Positions 11,901 to 24,160 of a stretch of 64,000 bases of DNA are shown one piece after another; position 1 is the stretch's first letter; every line of letters starts with the position of its first letter. The position numbers were made by a program, and so were the translations under genes. The notes below the pieces were generated by a model. That model was not told the DNA's origin, searched no databases, and saw only the letters and a list, made by a program, of their open reading frames with translations. The DNA is from Klebsormidium nitens. Taxonomy: Eukaryota > Plantae > Klebsormidiophyceae. The stretch is taken from NCBI GenBank assembly GCA_000708835.1, contig DF237423.1, forward strand, positions 1-64,000, read 5' to 3'.

Positions 11901-13526
11901 GCCTCGTCCAGCTAGTGTCGTAGTACGCTGGGTCTCCATGCACTATCCTCCCGACCTGGAACCACAGACCGTCGTCCAGGATCGTCCCGTAACCAGCGTA
12001 CAAGTATTCCAGGTCCTTAAAGTTGGTGTGGTTCTGCAAAGAGGGACGGTACAGCATCATAATCAAAACTATTGCCCCTGACGCTAGCCAGCGCGTTTTG
12101 TCAGGGACGTGTCGTGGTTTCTGCTGCAGGCAGGCGACAGAGGCGATCGCTGCGAAGCGTGATCTCCACATGATGGACACATGAAAGGTTCCAATTGGGG
12201 AACCGAAAGTCCAACGTCCACATGATCACAGACAGTGTATCTGCGGCGGTCTGGAACACTGATTTGCCCTTTGAAAGTGACGAACAGGCTGGACTGACAA
12301 GCTGACGGATGACAACATCCTCTCTGCTCTGGCGCCAATCCCCCACCGGCCTGCCCTCCAGAATGCCAACTATCAGGCACCATGTCTTGGTGAAACATAC
12401 GCAATTGTAGAAGATGGATCGAAGGAGCTCACCAACGGTGCAGGCGTGAAATACAGCAGGTTGTCCAGGATCTGTATCCGCAGGCCCATGTGGCAGTTGT
12501 TCACATCAAACTTGTAGCCGGCAAACTCCTCCTCATTGCTGTGGCCAAGGAGAGGGACCACTCAGTTCCTGAGAGCTCCTCGATATAAAGAAGCCATTCA
12601 AAGAGCGACTACACCTCGTTTGAACATTGAGCGCGCAGTTCCTGGACAGAGGTTCCTCTTCCCGTCTACGGTGGTCCAGAGAGGGCATCCCACAGAATCC
12701 ACTGTATAGTAATCGAGCGAACGCAGCCCCTTCATTGCATAAGGGCTTATATAATGATGGAGCCGAGGCTCAGCTGAAGTGAAAGATGATTGGTTGCAGA
12801 TAGACTAGGAGGAAGAGGATTAGATGCGGTCAAGATCTGTTGAGGGGCACATTATGTCACCTACCTCCAACCCCAGCAAAGGTTCATCCAGCCAGCTTCT
12901 ACCTGCATCATCAAAAGGCAAAAGCTTTGTGTGCTACTTTTCAACGAGTAATGAAGCCGAGGGCGTGCGGATCGACATGACCAAACATATAAATATGACC
13001 CCAAAAACCCTTGCAAGTGACGAGCTTGGTGCAAGATCAGTTCCCTCTTCAGACTGCTGCAAGATCAGAGTCTGTTCAGAATGATAAGCAATGCTGCGAG
13101 GCCGCTTCCCTCTTCCCTTTTTCTCACCTGCTCTTTGGTGATGACCGGAAGCGGCTCTAGCGCCTGCACCACACGCAGGGCGCGCGAAATGTGGATCGTG
13201 TCGCATCTGCTCTCCAGGTAGCGATCCACGAAGACCTGCTGTTCTGCATTCTCTGATCCTGGCTCCCAGATTCTGAGACAGGACGCCTTTGGCGCCTCTA
13301 CCACCTCCTGAGGCGCAGCTTCTTTGTGTGGTGTTTCCATCAGGGCGGTGGACGACATGCTGCGTGTGAGCTCAGAGGACAACGTCAGAAGCGTCCGAGA
13401 GATGGACACGACAAACAGGCAAAGGAACACCACAAAGGCGAGGATCAGGAAGCGCTGCCCCAGGGCTCTGCGCACGAGGAAGATCGCCTGACGCGCTCTC
13501 CATCCCCAGGATCGCTTAGAAGCCAT
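8920..13526 (-). CDS. Glycosyltransferase family 90 (CAP10/KDELC-like) type II membrane protein; multi-exon
   Basis: ATG at 13526 begins a basic N-terminus and TM helix (FLILAFVVFLCLFVV). Internal exons include LRIQILDNLLYF, NFKDLEYLY and DVPDADFLLSFSDRC...PMMSW. The last exon (~9705-8920) carries the CAP10 motifs PWELKDARAVWRG, HYKYLLDVEGHGPSFRLKNLLLANSVVFK, WFYPDLKAYKHYIP and IEWARHND. Exons between 12600 and 13120 are uncertain. Confidence 0.88.
9706..9940 (-). promoter_or_regulatory. About 230-nt AG-free polypyrimidine tract before the last GT90 exon
   Basis: The + strand is almost pure purine with no CT dinucleotide from ~9710 to 9939, so the minus strand has no AG there. A TTGAC branch-like motif lies at ~9943-9947. 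Confidence 0.7.
10535..11175 (-). repeat. Five or six degenerate ~115-bp tandem copies of a GT90 intron-end/exon-start junction
   Basis: The motif agcat..ctgcaggctgg...gcgtgca..gcctgcg recurs at ~10535 (true exon start 10567), ~10648, ~10765, ~10873, ~10990 and ~11115. Confidence 0.85.
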
Positions 13527-14870
13527 GGCGCACTACCCCTGCACTACCTACATCTATGGTCCTGAAAGCTGAGAAAGGAGGAAAGGGCAGCTTTCGAGGG
13601 CAAATGCTGCGACATGCCACCATGCGGTATGTAGGTACCTACCTATTTCAATATCGCTACCGATTTCATTATGCATGCAACAACGCAGCGATCCAGATCG
13701 AGGAACAACTTGAAGAAGGTCATGATTCGGTCACGATTCGATGCCCTGGATGATTGGCAGAGTGGTACCGCAGAACCAGGTACCGTACCACGTGAGTTAC
13801 CTAATCGCCACGTGGACGGCAGCGCACGTTCAACGAATCTAGCTGTACGGTATCAATTCGGAAGGCTTTTGAACTGACGTCATGCTGTGAAGCGAAAGCC
13901 TGTTAAAGGGATCCCTCAACAGTGCTGCCATCACCAGCAATTGAATGCCGTGCGGAAAACAGCGCGCACACAACTTGCAAAAACTTGGGGAAACTTGACC
14001 TAAAGGCCTAGAGACGAACTACCTAGTACGCTCAAGGAGCCAGCGAATCGATCAGAAGGTAGCAACATTGATGCGCAAGCGCGCCTGAAGCCCGACGCTT
14101 AATTCTCTATATATGCAGATCTGAAGATTTGGGGGCGTCTGAATGGGGGCTTATGAACTTGGCCTTTCTCTGACCATGTGTAGCAATGTATTCCGAACCT
14201 TTCACACACGGAAAATATCATACGGGACAGACATGGTAGGATGGCCTGGAGACACGTGCAGCCGCTCAAATAGGGCAGCTAATTGTCGAAAGGTATCAAC
14301 GTCGATCTTATTCCTGGATTCCGTTCATCAACTCACTAGGTCTTCGATTCACCGTCGGTAAAGGATGGGTACAGGATCTAGGTAAGTTTTCATGAGGGTA
14401 CATCCGAGAGCCTTTCTACGGAATGCTGCACGCAAGCGACTGAATACCTATCTGGGTCTGAAGCACCATATGTGCGTCCCTATACATCAGGCCGGTTGAT
14501 GGGCTGATGCTCCACATGTGACTGATCAGGAACGCAAAAGCGAGGTTGCTTTCGAATCATTGCATTTTCAAAACAAGCGCGCAGCACAAAGTGAATCAGT
14601 CTGAACAAGCCGAATAACCGAAGGAACCCTGCGGGGTCAAGCTTGTTTGATCGTCACTCAGCGGCAGATGAAGCCCACTAGTGCTATAAATAGACCTGGG
14701 CCAGGACAGAAGCTAACCAGAACAAGCAGGGCTACTAGAGGTGGACACTGCTCTACAATATCAAATTCAACGAGAAGCGGTCCCTTCGTACTCGTCGTAC
14801 TGTCCACATCTGACCACAAGGCTGACTTGCTTGATGAAAGCTCCAGTCCTCTTCCGTCCACACTGTACAT

Positions 14871-14889
14871 GTTAGTTAGTTAGTTAGTT
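14871..14889 (+). repeat. (GTTA)n microsatellite
   Basis: gttagttagttagttagtt. Confidence 0.8.
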
Positions 14890-15443
14890 CAGCCTTGACT
14901 ATCTAGTTGCTAATGACAAATGAAGTATGTCAACAGTGTTGACACGAAGAGAGATTAAACCTACTTGCGCTCCAACGGCAATTCCAAAAAACGACCTTCG
15001 CCTGATTGGATTCACCTGTTGACCTGCCCGTTACACTGTATGGCCCCTACCGCTATCTGCAGATTGGATATCCTGGGGAACCCTCGCCCGGACTGCACGC
15101 AGTTGATGTCGAATCTCATCAAGTTTCTATCTAGAAAGAACGCCGTCGAGTCGTCACCTTTTATATCCCAAGACCTTTGCAAACTGCAAGCAACTATGTG
15201 AAGTTGTGGCAGGCCAATCTCTTCATCATAGCCAGAGGTGCATGCGACACGAGCTCTGGTCCCGCTTTGTACTAAAGGCCGACGCTCATGCCCTCAACAC
15301 CAAACGAACCGACAGTGTACTGCCTTGACCCCTATTCTATCCGCGTGCTCGCACTTTAGCCATGCGAGGCTGGTCCGAGCGGGGCCGGCAAGCGGAGACG
15401 TGCTTGGCTCATGTCTCGAAGCCAACTAGAGTACGTAATACGA

Positions 15444-18400
15444 TCAGGATCGTTCTCTGTTTCGTAGGTTTTGGCTCTTGGGGAAGGCGCCGCCGGCATA
15501 TGGCAACGCGCTGCTGCCGTGATCCAGATCAAAAACGCCCTTGCCCTGCACAAGGAAGGGGTGCCGAGTTTATGACGGAACTGGACATGTGTCTTGTTTC
15601 TGCACGCCCTTGGAACGATGGACGTCCGATTCCATGCATCTCATGGATTCCAAGCTTCACAAGCTGAGCAAAAGCAGACGGGAATCCTGGTTTTCATGGG
15701 TGTTGATTTTGTCAGGGTCGTTTCGAAAGAGTGGTATAAGACATACGTAAGTCTCGTTGTTACGGACAGAATATCCAGTGTCCTTTCAACCGACTTGTAA
15801 GCAATCCAATGTGGTCCAAAGCTCACCCGGCTCGGTGCCCGCCCGCTGGCGAGCTCGTGCCCCGCGCCGCGACTCCTGATCGACACGTGTGAATCCAGCT
15901 GTAAGCAAAAGGAGGCGCGGTTCTTAAGAATGTGTCTCCCCGTCACGTCGTCTCGGGTCGTGCTGCTGTCTCATTGTTTCACAACTTATCGAGAATCTTT
16001 CCTCAAAGCCCCCTTTTGCTTCTAGTTACGTAAGATGAGTACGGAAACAGACCAGAATATCATCCCCTTCTAGCAGAAGAACGTGCTATCTAGCAGAAGA
16101 ACGTGCTATTAACGAACAGATAAGCCCTCAAAACAACGTCTCATCCATTTCACGTCGCGCTTACTTGCTCATCCTGTCCGCTCTCCAGCCTCTCATCGAC
16201 CGGCGCGATCTTCGCCCTCCCCAGGAGCCGCTCTTGCATCAGGGGGGTCGATGTCCTGCCATCCAGAGCCCCCCCTCCCGGGAACGCGCCTAGCAACCCG
16301 TGTCCCGCCTTCAGGTTACGGCTGGCGGGCCGCGCGTCCATCGCGGCCGCGTTTGCATCAGAGCCGTCCGATGAGAGGCGCCCGTGGCTCGTGGTCGCGT
16401 GTCGGTACTCACTGCCGCCGCGCTCCATCGACGGCCCGCTTGCAAACTGCTGCGAGGGGCCGTATCCGTACTGCAAACGACGAGGACTGCTTGGTCAAAC
16501 ACCAATACGCCTTGATAATCCATTAATGCAGAGCTTTTGTCAACTCCTGTCCGCCCTCTGGAAAAGTTCCTCAGATTTGACATGATACTATTCGCCCTTA
16601 AAAAGCGACACGAAAGCGGGTCAAAGTGCGGCTCACATTGTTGTGAGACTCGGGGATCTCTTCTGCACACTTTGCCTTGTCGCACACACAGTCGCTAACG
16701 CCGAAAAAAATCGACGTCTTCGATCTCCATGCGCCTCCACTCACCCGTTTCAGTTGCTGGAGGCCCCGTGTTGGGTGCTGTCCGTTGCCTGGGGGCTCCC
16801 GTGCTCTGCTCGGTCCAGCCCCGGAGTAGCTCGACGAGGCCTGCTGCAGCGATGTGGGCAGGCCACCGGCCCGGTGACCCACCCCCACCTGAAAGGCAAA
16901 CCGTTTCCGGTCAGAAACGTCCGCACGACTTGTCGAGTCGTATGACTAAGTTGTTCATGAGCAGGGCGAAGCTCTATATTCTGTCCGTTCAGCCATCAAA
17001 GCACTCGCGATGATTGCTCTGTAGCAAAACAGGAAACTATTTGCAAGGTGGCGGACAAAAGAAGGCCCACGAAGGAACAGAAATCCTATCACGCGCAAAG
17101 AGACTTATAATACGTAATGGAACCTATCATACGCAAAGGGACCTCTCATAGGGCCGGCTCGACTGCTACCGCTTAGAAGGGCACAAGCTCCTTACCGTTC
17201 TTTTCCGCTGAGGCTGGCTCGCCAGCGCTATCTGGACCGGATGCTGTCCGCGTGGGCTCCTCTCCGGTCCTGCGATCGTTCCGTTCTCCTCCTCAATCCG
17301 CTCCCTCTGTAACTCGCGCTCGCGCCGCAACCGCTCCTTTCCCGCCCCGTGACTCGCTTGGCTCCCGACATCGTAAGGCGACGGCAGGTGATTTTCTTGC
17401 ATGTCGCGGCGACCCGCAGTTCGAGAGTTGTGACCGCTGCAAATGGAGAAGCAGGCAAGGGCGTTGGTAAGGACCGATTGGAAAGGGTCTCGAAAATCAC
17501 TGCTGAAGGTACGATGTAAGGTTGGCGCAGAGCTTTGCAAGTCAAAGCAAGATTCCTGGGATAGAATCTCGACTAAACATGATGCGCTGGGCTCTGTTCA
17601 GAGCGGAGCCGAAGCTTCAAAGAGATTGCATGACATGCACAAGCATCTAGGCACGCCTCCCCACCTTATTTCTGAAATCTGGACCGATCCGCGCGACCGT
17701 AGCTCCTTCCTTCGACGACCTGCAGATTGCACGACCGGTTGGAATGTGAAGAAGACAAGAGAAACTTCTCCTCAGAATTAACCTAGATCAGAGAAGAATA
17801 AATGGCCTTTGCACCCAGGAAATAACTTGATTATCAACCCTGCAGTAACACGGCTACTCCTGCTGCGGAGCTCGTTTGTTAAGTCGTTTTCGAGGTGCCT
17901 TTGAATGGACAAACAGACACCGGTAAGCGCTCCGAACCGACAGAAGCACCAAAACGAGACGTCTGTTGTCACTCTTTGAGGTCCTTATTCGCACCTTCCA
18001 TTGCGGCCTCCTCGTGCTCCTCGACTTTACACCCCACCGCCGGCAGCAGCGGCGTCGGCACCGGTTCCGGCCGCAGGGGGGTCCCCCGCAACCCCTCTTC
18101 CCGCTCCTTCTTAGCTTTCTCGCGCTCCCCGCGACCGTGTCGCGTCGCGGGGCGGCTCTCCGAGTCGCCATCCGCGCGCGCGGCCCCCTTCTGCGACGCG
18201 AGCGACGTCGGGGCGCGCCGGTCCGCCTTGCTGCGGCTCGGCGCACGCTCCAAAACCCCGTCCAAACCCCCAGCCTCGAAGCCGCCCGCGATGCTCTGCA
18301 GCTGCGCGTCCAAATTGTAACCGACCCCGTCCGTGACGGAGTCTCTGGCTGTCGTGGCCGCGCTGACGTTCTCGTGACGCAAGCTCAGCCCTTCCACCGC

Positions 18401-21400
18401 GAGGCCGTCCCCGTCGGACGTCCGGAACTTCCGCTCCGCGTTGCCTTCCGGCGGAGCCTCGGACGGAACGCCCTCCAGCAGCGTCGGAAGCGGGGAGATC
18501 CGCGTGCCCGCCTGCGTGGAGTCGCGCCCGGACGTCGACGACCCCGCGGCCGCGTCCGCTTTTCGCACCGCTGTCCGCTGCTGCTTCGGGTGCGCCCCGG
18601 GCATGGACCCCAGCGCCAGGGGGGGCACGATTCCGTGCTTCGGGGGGGGGCCGGTTCCCGCCTTCTTCGACCCCCCCTTTTTGACGGGCCCCGCGTGGAG
18701 CCCCTTCGTCCGGGGCTTCCCGTCGCTGACCACGCTCTGGGTGTCGATGTCCATCTCGCTGTCGTCTCCATTTCGGAGCTCCGACTGTTCGCTTTGGTCG
18801 ATCTCCATCCCCTCCGGCTCCTTGTCCCCGGCGCGCCGTCCCTTCGCTTTTTCTTTCGGCATCGCCTTCCGCTCCTTCCCGACGGTCGTTGAACCCCCCT
18901 CCGACGGCGAAACCATCAGACCACGCTCGCGCTTCCTGCTCGGGGGCGGCTTCAGTTCTTGCTGCGAAGTCTGCCTCTCGAGCTGTGGCGGCTTCGCTGC
19001 GGTTTTGCCCTGCGACGGCTCTTCCTCGGACACCGCCTGGAGCGCCGCCGCGGCCGGGCTCTGAAACCCTAAACCCTTGGGCAGGTTGCGCCGCGGCGAC
19101 GTCGCCTCGTCGTTCAGGCCGCTGTCGGGCGTCGCCTCGAAGGTCGTGCAGCTCGCCGTTTCCGCAGGCGCGCGCGCGCGCTTGGGAGTGACCAGAAGGT
19201 CGTTTGCGACGCTGCCACGTGTCGAGGGGCGGGTTTCGATGAGCGCCGTGGACTCGTGGTCGTCGGCCGCGGCCGCGGCGGAGTAGTTTGCGGACGGCGC
19301 GCTCGCGGTGGCGGACGGCAGGTGGACGTCCGTCAGGCCGTCGAAGTACGCGTGCTCAAGACACTGCTCCGCAGTCAGGCGCTGCAAATGCCAAAAGATC
19401 TCCGCGCTCTATTGCCGTTCTATAATTCGCACTGTTTCTTCGAAAGCTTGCTAATGCTGTTGGTCAAGAACTTTGGATCGAAAACGTCGCTGCTGAGTCC
19501 GGGATTGTCAGGGTAGGCCACTCGAGATGGTCTCTCCGTGCAGACAGGGGACCGGCTTGGTTTTCTGTCAGCAGTTCCACGAGTCCCAAACTCGCAAGTA
19601 CACGTCCGACTGGTCATTTACAAAACGCTTGCGAAGTTGTCAAAGCGAAAGTTGAAATGATCTCTAGGAATCGAGTCATGCAATTTACCTTTCTGGGGTC
19701 CATGTTGAGCAGTCCCTTCATCAGGTCGAGGCCGGCTGGAGATAGCTTCCCAGCGTACCGTCTATCGAGCATCTGCAATTGCAAGACAAGACCAACCTTA
19801 GCAATCTGCTCGGAAGCGCCGCTTGCCTTAACCCCCATACTCTCAGAGGATGAGAAGGACCACGGAACAGAGAAACAAACTCGCATCCGCGTTTAGTGCA
19901 AAAGAAAAAGAACTTTATCAGTTCATATAATGTCTCCAACGACCTCGTCTCACGTCTTGGACCAAGTGTCAGCCGCTGTCGATTGCACGGCGACTCAAGG
20001 ACCCGAGAGGCCTTACCTCTGGTCGCCCCATGTCGGGAAACTTGAAGCCAGCATAGCGAGGATTCCGGAGGAACAGCTCCATGTGCTCTCCCGTGAGCGC
20101 GCCCATGACCTTCTGGATTATGTACAACTGAGGCAAACAGGAGCGCGGGTCAGCACAATCCTTGATTGGTACACATTCCTTCATGTGGACGCATCACCCC
20201 ATCCCTCCTTTCCAATGTTCAATCCTCTCATTTGATTCGATGGGGTCCCAAAAGTTGGTAATAGACAGTCTTCTTTGCGCTGATTTGAAAGTAAGAGCGA
20301 CCTATCCGAGCTGCAGTTTCAAAGACGTTGTGATAGACGCAGACCCTGACCAAGAACGTGGTCCTTTGAATTTAAAAGCCTTTTGTTCAGGTAATCGAAG
20401 ACAGGGTTAGTTAAGTGTTTCCTCACTTGGTCAATGTCGCTCTCTCCTGGAAAGACGGGTTGGCCATCCACTAGCTCCCCCATCATGCACCCCACGGCCC
20501 ACTGGTCCACCTCCTTCCCGTAGTCTGTTGACCCCAGCAGAAGCTCAGGGGCGCGATACCTAAAGAAAAGGCTCATTTCGATCCTATTTTTAGAACAGAC
20601 GTTTCTTCCAGTTCTTCAATAACTCGCCTGAAGACAAGTAACATCAATGAACTAGCCCTTATTGTGCTGTGTTCAGGCATCTGCTGAGGTTGAATGCGTC
20701 CTAGCTTCAAGTCAGCCAAAACTGTTTCTTCTAAGAACGTCAGAACCTTTTCTCAAAAACAAAGGTTGACCAAATAATGTTGTATGAGCTTCTGCTTACC
20801 ATCTTGTGGCTACATAGTCGGTCAGGGCAGCCCCTTTGTGCGGCAGGGTTCGTGCAAACCCAAAGTCGCAGAGCTTAAGGATTGGTCCCTGGCCCTCTGT
20901 GCCAGGATCAATGAGCAGATTCTCTGGCTGTAAAGATGCAAAAGAGTGAAGTGCGTCATTTCACAGTCTGTGGCCTTGAGTGGTTGAATGATGGCTCGTA
21001 TTGACAGGCAGACTTGCTTATCAGAATGCATAGATAGATAGGGTGGACATATGCATCATCATGGTTCATCGGAGGGTTTCTCTTCATCCCGCTGTTTGTT
21101 TGGTTTTGCAAGATGCAGGCTGTACACACAAAACTGAGGGGCAAGAGTGCCGTCAGCCTTACCTTGATGTCTCTGTGGATGATCTCATGCTGATGACACC
21201 ATGCAATGGCAGTCACAAGCTGGAAGATGAGTTTGCGCACGAGCTCTGGCTCCACTCCTCCTGGCTTCTCCTCCAAAACTTCCAATAGATTCTTGGGAAC
21301 ATACCTGAAGTAAGGGGTGATGATGAGGTTGCTGTTAAGTTGGCTCATTTGAGGAAACAGTAACCTTTGGTCTCTCAGTGCCTTGTGCATGCATAGACCT

Positions 21401-22065
21401 CCGCAAGTTTGCAGAGGTAGCATTCCCTGGCTTCAATTAGCAAAATCTGCACCAAGTCTGGGGCAACTTGCACTGCATTTTCCCTTGTGAACCTTACTGT
21501 TCTTGACCTGCATGCTTGCCAATATCAAAAGAATGAAACAGCTATAGGAAAGTGCTATTCACAGCGCTTGCACAGCCTCTTCATGGCATGACTGATGTGC
21601 TCAAGGAAGGTTCGGCATTGAGATTGAGGCAGATGCGCAAGTCAGTCTTCAATGTTTACAACTGGCTATTTGGCTATTTGCAATGACCTAAGTACTCCAA
21701 TGAGCGTCCAAACCAGCAAAGCTCACATGACAACACTTTTTCATAATTGCTGAAGGGAAGGCTAAGTAATCCCACAGTAAACGTAGGAAGAATCCAGTAC
21801 CAAACTAAACGGATGCCACTTACTCAAAAACGAGGTACAGCTTGCCCTTCCTTCTGAAAGCCTCCTTGAGGTCAACAATGTTGTCCTGCCTGAGCATGCG
21901 CAACATCTTGACCTCTCGGAGGGTCGTCTTTCGGACAATCTCGTCATCATCTCCCTCCTTGAACTTCTTCACCGCCACAATCTCTCCGGTTTCCTTATTC
22001 TTGCACTTCAAAACGACTCCATATGCCCCTTCTCCGACAACTCCAAGTACCTCGTACTTGTTCAT
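15444..22065 (-). CDS. CDKL5: CDKL5/LF5-like cyclin-dependent kinase-like protein (ciliary length kinase) with a long disordered C-tail
   Basis: ATG at 22065 begins [37 protein letters not shown]...[35 protein letters not shown]. Later exons give [12 protein letters not shown]...HRDIK, PENLL...[10 protein letters not shown]...TDYVATRW (~20930-20800), [10 protein letters not shown]...[19 protein letters not shown]..., and [10 protein letters not shown] followed by a low-complexity tail. The small 3' exons and the TGA at 15444-15446 are less certain. Confidence 0.93.
16073..16111 (+). repeat. Short perfect tandem duplication (ctagcagaagaacgtgctat x2)
   Basis: Read directly from the sequence; it lies in a CDKL5 intron. 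Confidence 0.75.
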
Positions 22066-24160
22066 GGTTCCTGACTCCGGGCCAGAAGCCAATCAGGTCA
22101 GGTTGACCTTGGCACGGTTTGCTGGGGCCACAGCTAGCTCTGGATGGATCATGCCAGCTGGCATACCTGCCCCACCCACAATTGACCTCCACATCATTGC
22201 TCCCTCACCTCCGATTGGCTGGAAGCCCTGTGGCGCCAACAGTTGCTAAACCAGCTTGTCGAACAGGACTTTCAAAGATGCAAATTCAACCGAGCAAGGG
22301 TGTTGTGCCTGCGTCACCGACCCAAACGCTCTGTGATGCCCCCTAATTGCAGCTTTGTATACCAAGACTGAAATCTCGACTCTGCAAGTACCTAATTGAT
22401 TGCAAGGACCATGCGCTAGTCTGAAGCTTTCCCGTTTACACCACTTTCCTTCTGCATTGCCCCGCGGAGTTTTGTCTTCTTAGTTTCGTCAGGAGTTCCT
22501 ATCCGCTCTCTCCATTTCCTTCCCGGCCCTTGACTGGGGTCCTGATGGCTTCACTTGTGACCCTTCAACTTGTACATCTGTTCCCAAACCGTTAGGCAGG
22601 TAGAAAAACATGTAGTAAATGTCTTCAAAGTTGTTTCTAGCTTTCAGCTCCTTACATCAAGCTGGTGGTCTGGTGGAGATTTAGCAGAGTCCAGAATAAG
22701 GTAGAACCATATCCAGATGGACAATGCGGTAAGAATTTAACGAACCGAGGCTTGGCCAATGGGACTGAAAAGCACCGCATGCACAAGCGTCGCCTCTTCA
22801 GGACAGTTCTCCTTCGTACCACAGTACCCTTTATAATAACATTCAGACTATTACATTGGACTTGAACAAATCGCTCGCTGCAATACCCCATCAGAAACTA
22901 ACCGATTGCATTTGGGTGAGCCTGTTTCAGATCGTCATCACCCTGAAAAGGCGTTGCCGATAACAGCTTTCAACCGGAAAACCAAAAGCGGCGTTTGGAG
23001 TTGCAAGGTCCACTTTACCATCTGTGAGGTAGACTTGGCCGCGTCCAAACTCCCATGCGATGACCAGAAAATCGTTGACTTGTTCAAGGGGAGTGGAAGT
23101 TACCCGCTACGTAAGGTTTCAATACCGTCGGCGCAGCACGAGTCAGCCCGGTTCCAGTTCCACCGGGTGAAAACGATGCCAAGCTAGTAGCTACTTCTCG
23201 ACACAAGCTATATCTAACCCTCGGTACCTAGTAAGCTTCTCGTGCTCCGGGTGTCTGTGTACCATGTCGAAATGTACACTCGTACTGAAAGATTGCAACC
23301 GTGTACCTACCTCTGTTCACGTGAAAGCTCAATCACCGACTTCCTAAGCCGAATCTTGGTACTCTATCTCCGTCCGATTGATGAAGTGCACTGATCGGAG
23401 GGTCTGTGGTGTCTTTTTCAGGAGCAGATACATTGCAAGGTCACAAAGAGGGTCAAGAATTTTCGTACAGGAGAGCTACTAGCCGGGGCTACATTGGGCT
23501 AAATTTGAATGGATAAAGCGGGCCGTGTACTTCAAATTCCTGCTAGCTTGAGCTGGCTTGAGCATGTCATTTTATCACAGACGCATCTAGACGCATCATG
23601 ATTGACATAAGTAAGGTTTCCATGAGCTCTGGCAGGCTGCTGCCATGCCAGCCTTGCCAATTGTCGCAACCATATGTCGACGTCCATACCAATGCTCGCA
23701 GCTGACTTATCCAATTTCGAAGAAGCAGGTTGCTGCAGCTTAGGACTGCGTGGTAGAATTGTTGCTGGCTGCTCGTTGCAAATTTCGAGCGTTAGCTCAC
23801 GACTCTTTCCCCGATGAGGCACAGTAATCACGCCTTCAGTAGCGCAGGCTTTCTTCTCGAAAGCTGTAACTCTTGGCCCAGTCCTTCTGCTGCAAATGAT
23901 CGTTCATTCGACCCACCGTCCAGCAATCCTCAGCCATGATGCCCCAGTAAAAGGAGCGAAGCAAGAACCTACGAAAGGAATGACATGGAGAAAAGTAACT
24001 ACTCTTTTGCACATCCGTTTGGGTGCATCAACTGCAGGGCTTCGCTCAGATTGCAAGAGACCAATATTCGATGTAATCTGAGCTGGTCAATAGCTGGCTG
24101 AGCAGGCTATGCCAATAGTATCCGGCGTGCATTCATGCATGAGTTGGGCGCAAGGATCAC

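Noticed and set aside
12561-12614. Possible unusually short 54-nt GT90 intron with a GAG acceptor
   Set aside because: It restores the frame, but both splice sites are weak and the neighbouring exons are unresolved, so it is too uncertain to claim.
14680-14695. TATA-like ctataaatag (and ctatatatg near 14107)
   Set aside because: No downstream gene or snRNA could be tied to it.
17854-19516. Several long overlapping ORFs on both strands
   Set aside because: They are shadow frames of the GC-rich CDKL5 exon. The same applies to antisense ORFs at 40233-40988 and 54460-56175.
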